Counted from the whole stretch's first letter, positions 24,934-36,361 are shown. The stretch: 63,598 nt of DNA, filler included, from Globobulimina sp. (GCA_003354225.1; 40 parts of 40 records of this genome joined end to end with filler, not necessarily neighbours in it); one strand, 5' to 3'. Numbers and translations: made by a program. Notes: a model not told the origin generated them from the sequence alone.

Positions 24934-25395
24934 TCAGTCTTTTGTTTTCTTGATTAACAATGAATAATCCAACTTTAATTTATCATATTGGTCTGTTAGC
25001 AAATAATTGATTTGCTGCTTTTCATTGTGTATTGATTTAAAATCATAATGTAACATTACATTATCTTCATCAAAACACGCAGCACCAATAAAGAATTCAG
25101 GTTTTTGAGAGCGTAATAAGTATGGCATCCACAATATATCATCCTTCCACATTCTGTCGTATGGTATGTCATTAAAGCTAAACCATTGTGGCTTCATCTC
25201 CTTGGTTTCGGATTCCTTTCCGTGCCATTTTGTACTGAAATAAACATGAACTTCAAATCATTCCTCTAAATAAGAAAATGAGAAATAAATTATTCCGATT
25301 TTACTGCAATTAACTAAGTCAATATTTGCCTCCTCTTTACATTCTCTCATTGCCGCTTGTAAAATTGTCTCATTTTTCTCAACTTTGCCACCAAA
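24934..25395 (-). CDS. NUDT1: MTH1/NUDT1-type 8-oxo-dGTPase (Nudix), 5' partial, with one in-frame TGA (25258-25260)
   Basis: Nudix box FGGKVEKNETILQAAMRECKEE, then KIGIIYFSF..EE*FEVHVY and ETKEMKPQWF...IPYDRMWKDD..WMPYLL. Confidence 0.88.
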
Positions 25396-25675
25396 NNNNN
25401 NNNNNNNNNNNNNNNNNNNNNNNNNNNNNNNNNNNNNNNTTAATTAATTAANNNNNNNNNNNNNNNNNNNNNNNNNNNNNNNNNNNNNNNNNNNNTCAAA
25501 TATTGTATAAAATAAATAATAATCCGATCCTTCATTTCCTGAAATATCGTTAATTTTTATATCTACAGTTATTTCTCTGCCATAACCGAAATTATCAGGA
25601 TCAATAGTGATACGCTGACCACTGCTTGTTGGCACTGTTGATAAGTTAGGATTGTTAATACAATGTAGAAAGAAA

Positions 25676-26890
25676 ATGGATGAATTAAATACTAAACAAT
25701 TGTATGAATACGCACATTCTACATTGCAGTTATTGTCACCTCAACAATTAAAAAGTTTAATATTCATTGGATTAAATTCAATTAGAAATGCTATATCATA
25801 TCACCAATTTCTTAAAATGAAATCATCAGTAAATAAAATAATTGAAGAAGCCAAAAAATTAGAAAAGAAAAACCAACCAAAATCAGAAGATAAGAAATCA
25901 TTAATTCCGATAGTTCCAAAGAATGCGTCATTAACAAAAATAATTCCGTTTGATATTATTAGTAATAAAATTTGTCATTTTCTCAAAATATCATCTATTA
26001 CAAAGTTAGCTCAATGTGATAGAAAATTAGCGATTATATGTCATACGCCGACATCCATTAAATATTTAATGTATAGATATGATCCATACCAATATACTGC
26101 AACAAGGAGAGATATTATGATTGATGGTTCATTCGGCAGTTTGCAACATTTTTATGAATCAGATATTCATAGATTTACAAATGTCGAAAGATTATCAATA
26201 GATTTAGCATGTTTGGCTCGCGATAATCCACACTCATACTCATACGAAGGTATATCGGATTTATTTGGTAGAGTTAAATATTTATCATTTTTTAGGGATA
26301 AAGCAGATGGTTTGACAGCTTTCTATTATGGCTTCAAAGAAATGAATGTAATGACTAATTTGAAAAGTATGTCGTTTATAAATATGGAATCCGCCGGTAA
26401 TATTTTATATTTATTAAAGGAATATAAGAGCGACAAAAAAACAAACGGTGCATGTTATTATAACCAAATTATTTGTCAATTAAAATTAATTGCATTTACT
26501 GATTGTGCATTTGAACAATCATTACAAGCGTATGGCGACGACGTTGACATATTTTTGCAATATCAAAATGTTTTACATTTTCTATTACCATCACAACCGA
26601 ACCATTTACAAGTTGTTAAGTTTGAAAATTCATTTTTTCCCAAAACTGATCATCCAGAATGTAAAGATGCTAATGGTGAATTTGAAAATATTCAACGAAT
26701 TAAAAAATCGTTATCAAATTTAAAAGGATTTGTTTATGCAGAATCTGAATATGAAGGAAGTGGGAATATCTATTTTATTTTGACTAAAAATATTTTAAGA
26801 AATTTAATATCATTTAAGCATTTAACATCAATCCATACGCATTCATCGGATGATGGAATATTATCCTATTTAAAGTTGAATCAAACTTAA
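25676..26890 (+). CDS. F-box-like motif protein, hypothetical
   Basis: LTKIIPFDIISNKICHFLKISSITKLAQCDRKL, followed by degenerate LRR-like LxxLxF segments. Confidence 0.55.
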   Translation: MDELNTKQLYEYAHSTLQLLSPQQLKSLIFIGLNSIRNAISYHQFLKMKSSVNKIIEEAKKLEKKNQPKSEDKKSLIPIVPKNASLTKIIPFDIISNKICHFLKISSITKLAQCDRKLAIICHTPTSIKYLMYRYDPYQYTATRRDIMIDGSFGSLQHFYESDIHRFTNVERLSIDLACLARDNPHSYSYEGISDLFGRVKYLSFFRDKADGLTAFYYGFKEMNVMTNLKSMSFINMESAGNILYLLKEYKSDKKTNGACYYNQIICQLKLIAFTDCAFEQSLQAYGDDVDIFLQYQNVLHFLLPSQPNHLQVVKFENSFFPKTDHPECKDANGEFENIQRIKKSLSNLKGFVYAESEYEGSGNIYFILTKNILRNLISFKHLTSIHTHSSDDGILSYLKLNQT

Positions 26891-27088
26891 AGTAAGTTTT
26901 TTTGTATTTAACTTTTGAGGACCATGACAGCTTTTTAATCACTCGCAAACACAGAATCAAGATGGTATACCAATGGGTTATTCCCCATNNNNNNNNNNNN
27001 NNNNNNNNNNNNNNNNNNNNNNNNNNNNNNNNTTAATTAATTAANNNNNNNNNNNNNNNNNNNNNNNNNNNNNNNNNNNNNNNNNNNN

Positions 27089-27468
27089 GATCGTAATGTA
27101 ATATCAGTCCAATTGTGATAGAAATATAGCATAAAAAAGCGGACCAATTGGATGTATAAGATGCCGTGATTCAGGATTGGGTCTAAAATGCTGATGGCTA
27201 CGCCGGCAACGATACTGTGCAAAAAAAAACTTTGCCAGATATATAAAGGTAAACCAACCATTAACAATGTGATGGATAAAATACATGATAATGAAGACAG
27301 TCCAATATATCGTTTTAGCATAATTATACAATGCCGCTTGCGAATGATCTTATAAGTCCAGCGAATCATAATTGGAGAAATTATTAACCAGATGATGAAT
27401 GCAAAACAAATGTGGATTATTTGTTCCACATTTAAATTTAATGAGGATATTGAAAAAGCACTCATCAT
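27089..27468 (-). CDS. Multi-pass membrane protein N-terminus (7TM-RGS family-like), 3' partial
   Basis: Three hydrophobic helices with a KR..IMLKRY loop and RFFMLYF after TM3. Confidence 0.5.
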
Positions 27469-27655
27469 AAATATGCTCGTATAATAAAAAAAAACAATGA
27501 TAAAACGATGAAAGCTTGTCTGTTTTTTTAACTAAAACTTTCATCAAAGTATTTTAGTAACGATAGATTTTAGTTAATTTAGTTTATGAATACATGATAA
27601 AAAAACACTTCTAAAACTTTCTGCACTTCGCTCTTTATCTTTGTGCTGTGGTCGA

Positions 27656-28581
27656 ATGACGAGCAAAACAAGTCGCCAACAATCTGCTTTATTATCCTAT
27701 AATAGGTCCTATATTACAGAAAAATCAATAAATTCTGGTTACAGTACCATCTCATTAGAACCGGTATCTTCAACAACAACAAATCACGAGAATGATCATG
27801 AAAATCAAACCAATATAAAATTCTGTAAATGCTTAGATTTTGTGATGTATTCGCAGTTGATGTGGATTACTAAACGGCCACGGAACCAATGCAGATGCAA
27901 AACCATAGTTAATTGTATTGGTATTTCCTGTTCTTTATTATTCTTAGTCTGTTGCTTTTGTTCTGCCATTAAAATCATTAATTGTACATATCACAATGAT
28001 GAGCGTTGTCTACCATTTCTCACTTCTAAGTCAATGCGCACTGTGTTTAACATTAATTTTATTGTACATATTTTATTGATATCATTATGTCGGTTATTGC
28101 AAATATATTATTTTCTATATAAATTTAATTTTCCGTGGTATAATGCTCATTTAATGCATTATCATCCAAATTTATTAACCATTTTGCAGCAATTTATCAA
28201 TTCAAAAATGAAAACACTCAATAAATGTTTAATGATATATGTGAGTAGTGTTATATTATTCGTTGGATGTATTGTATTATTAATTTTTTTGCTGATGGAT
28301 ATAAAAAAGTGTTTGGTATTAATCTCATTTTTGTTTATCATTCAAATTCAAACAGTTTTATTTCCGATAATTTGGAGTGTGATTGCATTCAAATTCCGGT
28401 TTAAATTGTATTATTTGCAGTGTTTAATGAATAAATCAGAACATACACCAGATTTTGTGCACATTTTAGAGCAATACAAATCTTTTTATCATCAATTTGA
28501 AAAAGAACATAAATTCTGGAAGCTTTATATGCTTTTATCAATGGGCTATTTTGGTTCATTTTTATGGTTTGCAATAGACAT
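27656..28581 (+). CDS. Multi-pass membrane protein, hypothetical, 3' partial
   Basis: ORF >300 aa with at least five hydrophobic segments, divergent from the 27468 gene. Confidence 0.6.
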
Positions 28582-28682
28582 NNNNNNNNNNNNNNNNNNN
28601 NNNNNNNNNNNNNNNNNNNNNNNNNTTAATTAATTAANNNNNNNNNNNNNNNNNNNNNNNNNNNNNNNNNNNNNNNNNNNNC

Positions 28683-30173
28683 GATTCGCCGCCGCCGACG
28701 TTCAAGATCGAGCGCCAGAAAAAGATGAAAAAAAAGGATATTGTCAAAAAAAAGCGTCTGTTGCAAATACCGCGGACGAAAATGATGAAAATGGAGTGGA
28801 TCGCGATCGAAAATAAGATGATTAAAGATACGCGGTGGAAATATATCGGCAGTCAGAGCGACGACATTGTGATTCCCAATGAGTTCGAAGAGCTATTTTG
28901 TGTTCAAAAAGAAAAGGAAGAGAAGGAATATATTGGTAGTAGTCGCGAAGAGATCGTCGGCTTCAAATTGAGGGAAATGAAGCTAACTCCGCAAGATATA
29001 CGTTTTGCGTTATTGAATGTGGCGGAGTCCAAATTGAGTGAGAAGATATTGTATAATTTGTTGGAGATTGTACCAAATTTAAACGAACAGAAAGCAGTAC
29101 AGAATAAAATGAACCGTATCCAAGAAAACGCGTTTTCAGAGTCCACGTATTTGTCATTTGTGGAACAATTTTTTTATGAGTTGTCGGATATAAACCATTT
29201 GAAATTGCGCGTTGAGTTAATTTTATTTAAACATCGATTTCAAAATATAATCAATGAGAGATATAATGAGTTGTATATGTTATTGGAATCACTTAAATCT
29301 ATACAACGAAGCAGTAATTTCGAGCGGATGTTGTCCATAATTTTGACATTTGGCAATTTTATGAACGCAGATTCTTCCGGTTGTGGTATAAATGGATTTA
29401 AATTAGAATCGTTGTTAAATTTATCGGCGATGAAGTGTCAATCGAATGCGGCGTATACCTTTTTATCGTATGTTTGTAAATATTGTATTGAAAATAATAA
29501 AAAAAAGTATTTAAACATTGTCTGTGAATTGGATTTATGTATTCGGGCTTCTTCGATTAAATCGTATGAGTGCCATCAGAAAATATTGTTAATCACAGAA
29601 GAATTGAGTAAGTTTGGTCGCTCTCTACGCAAATTCAGGAAAAAAGCCATTGCCAATAATAGTACGGATGGCGCGACGTATAAAGCGATAGAAAACGATT
29701 TATTTGAGACTGCGATGCGGGATTTTGCACGGAGAGCACACTTAATTTGTAAATCATTGTTAGATCTACGACATGAAATTATTACCATTGCACAGATATT
29801 GTCCGCGCAATATAATTATGACTTAAATGTTGATAAAATTGAAGATTTATTGGGTATTTTTGCCAAATTTATTGGCGATTTGAAATATGCCAAAAATCTA
29901 TATATTAATCATTGCCATCGCGACAAAAGTAATATAAGGCGGAAATTTGCAATGGACAAAAAAAAAGAAAAATTGAGTTCATTTTTAATAAAAAAAAATG
30001 AAATGATCAAAAATGAAAAAAAACCAATTTATGTGTATGATCAGGATACGATTGAATCAAAAGAGAGAGAAAAGGATGAAAACATCCAGAAAATCTCAAA
30101 ATTAATTTATGAACACGCGATTTTAATGGATCAGCAACATATAAATTATTATGATAATGAGATTATGTCTTAT
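28683..30173 (+). CDS. Formin FH2-domain protein, partial
   Basis: Poly-Pro remnant at the contig edge, MKMEW, FEELF, VEQFFYEL, ILTFGNFMN..GFKLESLLNL. Confidence 0.92.
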
Positions 30174-30388
30174 NNNNNNNNNNNNNNNNNNNNNNNNNNN
30201 NNNNNNNNNNNNNNNNNTTAATTAATTAANNNNNNNNNNNNNNNNNNNNNNNNNNNNNNNNNNNNNNNNNNNNACTAAAAAAAAAAAACCGTAGCATAAT
30301 ATATTATTATCCTTAAATAACAAAGTTTTGATCTTTTTGTGTTGTGTTTTGTCTGTCATATACAAATATATTTTAATAAATAAATAAG

Positions 30389-30721
30389 ATATATTGTTTT
30401 GGAGGGAATGTGCAGTATCAATGTGGTAATGGTTCAGATAAAACTGTATATTTACCGCAACCAAATGAAACATTAAAAAAGGAAACAATTATTGATATTA
30501 AATGTGGTGTTTATCATAATATTATAAAAACAGCGGATAACAAATATTATTTATGGGGAGATAATGGATATAATCAATGTTTATATGTTCATGATGGCAA
30601 TCCGCCATCAAATATTAAGAAACCCTTATTATTTAATTCAAACTATTTTGCTAAAGAACAAGAAATACTTGAAATGTATCCTGGATATTATGAAACACGA
30701 ATAATAATTGGCAAAATTTAA
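30389..30721 (+). CDS. RCC1-repeat protein, last exon
   Basis: IYCFGGNVQYQCG and IIDIKCGVYHNIIKTADNKYYLWGDNGYNQC. Confidence 0.85.
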   Translation: MYCFGGNVQYQCGNGSDKTVYLPQPNETLKKETIIDIKCGVYHNIIKTADNKYYLWGDNGYNQCLYVHDGNPPSNIKKPLLFNSNYFAKEQEILEMYPGYYETRIIIGKI

Positions 30722-30930
30722 ATGAAGATTTTTTAACTGTTGATGACTGTTGTTTGATGACTTTATCACTTTTAAATCGGAGATCATCGATCTCAAAACC
30801 TTTTAAAGGGATCCAGTCATCGATCGTTAATTGTTTAATTATAAAAAAAAAGTTTCCATAAATTAAAATCAAACCGAACCAAACAAAATAAATACAATGT
30901 ACGTGTGGACAAAACAATGGAATGTTTAAT

Positions 30931-31743
30931 TCAGTTCATTAATCCCAAAATTGATTCATTTCTATGTTTCGAATTTGTATTTGTCAATAAAATGGAAGGA
31001 GTAATTTTAACCATCATCAATTTATCTGTATTATCAAAGGATAAATAGCCAGAATTTAAGATTAAATTATCAACATCAATCTCCTCGGAGCGCATTCCCC
31101 ATTTCAGTAATAAGCCGGCAATACGTTTGGTAGTCCCTCGTTTTTCTATAACAGTATAAAATGCTTTACATCCTTTCATAAAATAATAATTAACATTTGT
31201 CAATATATCTTCATAGTCTTTCTCCTCAAAAAACACATCCGATGCTATAATTAGACCGGGTCTCAATTTTATAGTTTCTTTCGTGAATCTGCCCCATGTC
31301 AATCCAATGGAATCACATCTTTGTGACACTTCCTCCCCATTAAAATCTGCCATTTCAGTCAAAGTTTTTAATATTTTGGGAAATTTTGTTGCATCCGAAG
31401 CAAATACACGCTCTGCGCCTAATTTACAGCATAAGAAAGATGGCAAACCGCACCCTGTCCCTAATTCTAATATGGTTTCATCCACAACAATATTTGGGTT
31501 AGAAAATAAATATTCTGCTAAGAGTATCGCTGATGGCCATACATGGACCATATCAATGTATAACTCTTTTACTGTTACTGTTATGGTGCTCACTTTTGAA
31601 CCGAATTCAAATTTACGTTTGGCTACATTGCGATGTAAATTCTTCTTTTTCTCCGCAAAATGTGGTTCTTGATGAATGCTATTATTATTCGTTTGATGCA
31701 ATATCGACGACATTGCTGCGCTGAACTGGGTATCATGAGCCAT
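30931..31743 (-). CDS. Methyltransf_16 family protein methyltransferase (METTL23-like)
   Basis: VWPSAILLAEYL, ILELGTGCGLPS, GLTWG, LIIASDVFF. Confidence 0.85.
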   Translation of the reverse strand: MAHDTQFSAAMSSILHQTNNNSIHQEPHFAEKKKNLHRNVAKRKFEFGSKVSTITVTVKELYIDMVHVWPSAILLAEYLFSNPNIVVDETILELGTGCGLPSFLCCKLGAERVFASDATKFPKILKTLTEMADFNGEEVSQRCDSIGLTWGRFTKETIKLRPGLIIASDVFFEEKDYEDILTNVNYYFMKGCKAFYTVIEKRGTTKRIAGLLLKWGMRSEEIDVDNLILNSGYLSFDNTDKLMMVKITPSILLTNTNSKHRNESILGLMN

Positions 31744-31865
31744 GCTGCTGTCTTAGTCACTTAGTNNNNNNNNNNNNNNNNNNNNNNNNNNNNNNNNNNN
31801 NNNNNNNNNTTAATTAATTAANNNNNNNNNNNNNNNNNNNNNNNNNNNNNNNNNNNNNNNNNNNN

Positions 31866-32618
31866 TTGTGCGTTTTCGTGCAGTTATTCCCGCAGCAATC
31901 GCCGCAGTTTTTGTTCGCCATTATTCAGCATTTGGTGGTGGATTTTTTGGAGACGACCAATTCGAATAACCTGAATTTGAACAGCAATTTGCGGATCGAG
32001 TGTTATATGCTGTTTTTTTGCCGCTTATTGTTGGCGAACACGGCGGGAACATTGGAGGTGCTGCAGTCCATTCAGGCGAAGGAGAAGAACGCCACTTTGA
32101 TGCAGCAACTGTTTGAGTGCATGTTTGCGGCCAAAAACAAAGTGAAACAGTTTTATAAGCAGAAGATTGTGGTGCTGGGACTGTTGAAGATCTTTTGCGG
32201 TGTCACCAATAATGACAATGACAGCAATTTGCGGATTGGCTTATTGGCGCAGTTGTTGCCGTGGTGGTTGTTGGTGATCAAAGAGACTGAGATCGAATGC
32301 TTGGAGTTCGCCGAGGATATGCATCCGGTGATGGACGAGGCGAATCAAAAGGAGTGGACGGAGGCGGATAGGATCTCGAGTCTGTACTGCAATGACATGG
32401 TGGCGCACACCTTTATGATCGATGTGGTTTTCAAGACTTTGAAAGATTCTACGCAAAAATTGCAGATTTCGATGGAGAATTTGTTGCAGGAAATACAAAA
32501 AAAAGCTATTTCTAAAAATAATATAAAAAGCAATGTGACAATAATTCAGGATTGCAAGTATTGCATAGACAAATATGAGCAATATTTGCGCAACAAAGAG
32601 AATGACTTTCATATATAA
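31866..32618 (+). CDS. HEAT-repeat protein C-terminus, possibly importin-beta family
   Basis: Amphipathic helical ORF; KQKIVVLGLLKI followed by an acidic stretch. Confidence 0.4.
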   Translation: MCVFVQLFPQQSPQFLFAIIQHLVVDFLETTNSNNLNLNSNLRIECYMLFFCRLLLANTAGTLEVLQSIQAKEKNATLMQQLFECMFAAKNKVKQFYKQKIVVLGLLKIFCGVTNNDNDSNLRIGLLAQLLPWWLLVIKETEIECLEFAEDMHPVMDEANQKEWTEADRISSLYCNDMVAHTFMIDVVFKTLKDSTQKLQISMENLLQEIQKKAISKNNIKSNVTIIQDCKYCIDKYEQYLRNKENDFHI

Positions 32619-32851
32619 TTTTGTATTTTTGCCTATTATTCTAAACCAGTCTGTTACATAATATATCATTGGGACACTTCCTTCTTGCTAATAGTGAAGG
32701 AGTCAGACGACATTCTCTCTCAAAAAATCTAGCGAGACTGCGAGTCATTGCAAAACATTGATATTTAACAAGAAAAAGGCAAAATTAATAAATTATGTTC
32801 ATAGTTGGCAATTAGCATCAAAAATAATTATGCCTTTTTATTCTTTTTTTT

Positions 32852-33357
32852 TTAATTTTGTTCAATATTCCTTTCTTTAAATGCTTGTCTTCTTCGTTTT
32901 CGTTTCCTTGTAAAAAATGATTTTAATTTCCTCAATGTCCTCTTTGAACCTTTACTTATTTTTTTCCCCATCGCACGCATTATTTTCTGCAATTTTTGCC
33001 TTACTGACATTCGTTTCTTTAATATTTTTAATCTGGTTTTCCTCATTGATTTTGTTCCTTTTTTAGATGACATTTTCGAAGGTTTAGCTGTTGGATGACA
33101 TAATTTATTCGAAGGTTTCGCTTTCACCAATTCTAAAAACTCACAAATACACAATTGTTTACCAAATAAATTCATGCACTTTCTTTGCATTTTAAATCCG
33201 GAGGAGGTGGTAATAGGATGCTCATTTTCTATGAATTCGTCATCTAAAAAAGCAATCATATCATCGCTGAGATCATCCATTGTAACGATCCAATTCATTG
33301 CTGTTTCTCTGTCGTACCAATTATCAATAATATCATCTGCCGCTTCGTCTTGATTCC
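32852..33357 (-). CDS. Hypothetical protein, acidic then Lys/Arg-rich C-terminus (5' partial)
   Basis: ORF of 148+ aa containing RKCMNLFGKQLCIC. Confidence 0.45.
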
Positions 33358-33457
33358 NNNNNNNNNNNNNNNNNNNNNNNNNNNNNNNNNNNNNNNNNNN
33401 NTTAATTAATTAANNNNNNNNNNNNNNNNNNNNNNNNNNNNNNNNNNNNNNNNNNNN

Positions 33458-33611
33458 GTACCAATGGCTGCTTGTACGCCATCATAAATAGCAGCGGCAC
33501 CAATGGCTGCTTGTACGCCATCATAAATAGCAGCGGTACCAATGGCTGCTTGTACGCCATCATAAATAGCAGCGGCACCAATGGCTGCTTGTACGCCATC
33601 ATAAATAGCAG
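33458..33611. repeat. 39-bp coding minisatellite, at least 4 copies, running into the contig end
   Basis: CCAATGGCTGCTTGTACGCCATCATAAATAGCAG at 33461, 33500, 33539 and 33578. Confidence 0.97.
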
Positions 33612-34239
33612 TGTCGGCATACAAAATAATGGATTCATCACTGTTTTCCACAAACTCATACTGATATTTATCAAATTTGAGTGGGATGACTTGAAATGCA
33701 TTTTTTTGTGCATAGTTTGCAAGTTGCACTATTTTTACTGGTAAGGAAATCTCTCCCTTAGCTCGAGAATCGTTTTTTTTACGATAAAATGTTAGCATGC
33801 TTTGGGTATTGCTGCTTTGTGTGTTGTTGGTATGGTTGTGTTGGATGTGCGTGAATATGAAACATTGATGTTGTTGTGTTGTATGAGACATTTTAAACGG
33901 AAACGTCTGGGCAGAGTCGATGGTGTTTTTTGTTTTTGTCTGGGCAGAGTCGATGGTGATATAAACTTGTCTATGTTTTTCTGATCCTGGCAGGATCACT
34001 ATATCATAGACAAAATGTATACTGATAATTGTTACTAATAATAAGACAAAGTTAGTGGCAGCAAATAATAGTTTGGAATGTAAGTTATGGAGAGGTGATG
34101 TGTTTTGTATGGATAAAATGGGATTTGTTGTTTTGCTTTTCCCACGGATTTTGGATGCGAAATTCTCAATGTTTTGCAGTTGTAGTGATTGTATGTCATT
34201 TGGGAATGTTTGTAATTGTTCTTCGTTCAACGAAGACAT
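33458..34239 (-). CDS. PH-domain-like protein ending in 13-aa tandem repeats, partial
   Basis: LTFYRKKNDSRAKGEISL..NAFQVI resembles PH strands, followed by (AAIYDGVQAAIGx)n. Confidence 0.4.
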
Positions 34240-34307
34240 GATGCAGCCACAATTAAAATGTTTGCTTGTGTTCTTAGTAAGTTTTCAAAAATTATGAATG
34301 CAGCAGC

Positions 34308-34494
34308 TGCTGAGTATCGGAGTATTGGAGTATCGGAGTATTAGGGTATTGGGGTATTGGAGTATTGGGGTATTGAGGTATTTGACTACCAATGTATTAG
34401 AGTATTGATATATATTATATGTTAGTATGTATCTTTATTTATATTACGTCAATACTCCAATACTCCAATACCCCAATACTCCAATACTCCAGCA
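34308..34494. mobile_element. Foldback/MITE-like inverted repeat whose arms are tandem 8-mers (GGRGTATT)
   Basis: Left arm TGCTG(..GGAGTATT)n..TGAC at 34308-34386 and right arm GTCAATACTCC(AATACTCC)nAGCA at 34448-34494, with an AT-rich spacer. Confidence 0.6.
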
Positions 34495-34681
34495 AATATG
34501 GAATGAAACAGCTAACGAAATAGGAAGGTAAATTAATATAATAATAGAAACTATAATAACAACAAAGTATAAATATAGGATTATGATTATGAACTATCGG
34601 AGTTTAGGTGTTTATATATATGGATAGTAGTCAAAATTCAGTCACCTAAGTCTGACTCCAGACTCACAGATCTCAGTAGCC

Positions 34682-34949
34682 ATGTCTACTTCAAAGGTGT
34701 TGCTGTGCTTATACACAATAACAACATTTATCAAACAATGTTCTGGAGAAGCTTGCGAACCATCAAACGGCATTGCTAATGGTAATAATGACGAACATAT
34801 ATATAACGCATTTACATTTATTTCACGCCAAAACTGGAATGCTAATCCATGGAGAAATGATATATGTTCATGCACAGAAAACAATACAAATGAAATGATT
34901 CCATTATCAAATCCATACATAATAACCATACATCATACAGCCACGCCGA
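34682..34949 (+). CDS. Secreted peptidoglycan-recognition protein / amidase_2 N-terminus (3' partial)
   Basis: Signal-peptide-like start, FISRQNWNANP...LSNPYIITIHHTATP matching the PGRP pattern I(V/I)SRxxWxA...P..(V/I)IHHT. Confidence 0.8.
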
Positions 34950-35197
34950 NNNNNNNNNNNNNNNNNNNNNNNNNNNNNNNNNNNNNNNNNNNNTTAATTA
35001 ATTAANNNNNNNNNNNNNNNNNNNNNNNNNNNNNNNNNNNNNNNNNNNNATGACGCGCCATAAAACTGATCAATTGTTTCATTCGTTCATTGAATTCAAA
35101 ACGTATTCTAAACATGACGGTAAGTTTAATTTGAGTAAGATGACTTCAAAAAACAGTGAGTACACAAGCGAGTATGTAGATCTATTAACTTAATCAA

Positions 35198-36361
35198 TTA
35201 AAGTTGTTTTTCACATACAATTCTCCAATTTAAATCCGCAATTTTCATTCGTTCCGCATCAGTCCATGCTTGTCCTCCTTTTTGCAAATAATCCAATGCT
35301 TGTTCAATCCATGCAGGCAGCAAATAAATAGCTTCTAAAAGCCTAACTACACGACGTCCCATAAAAATCAAATCTCTTTTTTGTTGGCATAATGGCCATG
35401 CTTCCGATTTAGATGGTGCAGATACAATGATTTTAAATCCAGCGTTTTGTAATGCTTTGCAGACATCAGCGGGATACATTGATTGCGTTGCTGCCAATGT
35501 TGGCAAAAACAACTTTTGCAACTTAACATGTTCTTGGTTATTCCAATCAAAATGGGGCGTTAATAAATATTCCGAACAGGAATATCTCGCACCAGCTTTC
35601 AAAACACGATACATTTCGTCAGCATGAGCCTGCAATTCATGCTTTTTCAGAAACGGCCATACTGCTTGGAATGAATAGCAACCATCAAAACTGTTATCAG
35701 CATATTCCAATGGTTTATGATGGTCACCCACTTTGTAATGTAATCTGTCAGACATTGATTGTTCTGTGGCATATTCAATTGCGTTTTCAATTTGGTTTTC
35801 TTCAATGTTATAACCTGAAACTTGTCCACCAGTCAATGTTGCAAAATAATGCGAAATTCTACCTCTGCCACATCCCATATCTAATAAATGGCTTGCTTTT
35901 GGATTGTTTAATTTTAATTCGGAGAGCACAAACTCTTCACATAGCAATTGATTGGCATATAAACCTTCCCATTCATTTAATAAAGGTGGAATATAAAGTT
36001 TTTCTAAATCGAATATACTTAATAAATTATTTAACACTTTGTAATAATTGGCAACATGTCTGGTCTCATCTTCTGTACGTGTTTTATCGCCACGTTGCAT
36101 TTTTTGAAAAAATTCATAAGCTTTAATGCAATTTTCTTTATCTTCGGTGGTCAGATACCATAATTTTTTGAATCCGACAATTGATGTTTTAATTCTGTAC
36201 CATGATAACCCAAAAGCACCAAATGAATATAAAAAGTAAACTATTAATATTGGAAATAATTTAGTTAATAAGTTTGATTTAATTTCATCTTTGGTCATTT
36301 CAAGTTGTACCATGAATAGAACCGATAACAAAACGAATCCAACTACTTGCATATTGATCAA
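35198..36361 (-). CDS. SAM-dependent methyltransferase, sterol C24-methyltransferase-like, with N-terminal membrane segments
   Basis: LLDMGCGRGR, VSGYNI...QI, GDHHKPLEYADNSFDGCYSFQA, EMYRVLKAGA. Confidence 0.75.
   Translation of the reverse strand: MINMQVVGFVLLSVLFMVQLEMTKDEIKSNLLTKLFPILIVYFLYSFGAFGLSWYRIKTSIVGFKKLWYLTTEDKENCIKAYEFFQKMQRGDKTRTEDETRHVANYYKVLNNLLSIFDLEKLYIPPLLNEWEGLYANQLLCEEFVLSELKLNNPKASHLLDMGCGRGRISHYFATLTGGQVSGYNIEENQIENAIEYATEQSMSDRLHYKVGDHHKPLEYADNSFDGCYSFQAVWPFLKKHELQAHADEMYRVLKAGARYSCSEYLLTPHFDWNNQEHVKLQKLFLPTLAATQSMYPADVCKALQNAGFKIIVSAPSKSEAWPLCQQKRDLIFMGRRVVRLLEAIYLLPAWIEQALDYLQKGGQAWTDAERMKIADLNWRIVCEKQL

Noticed and set aside
33458-33611. 39-bp repeats as a CRISPR array
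   Set aside because: The repeats are contiguous with no spacers, a multiple of three and in frame within an ORF; no cas genes are present.
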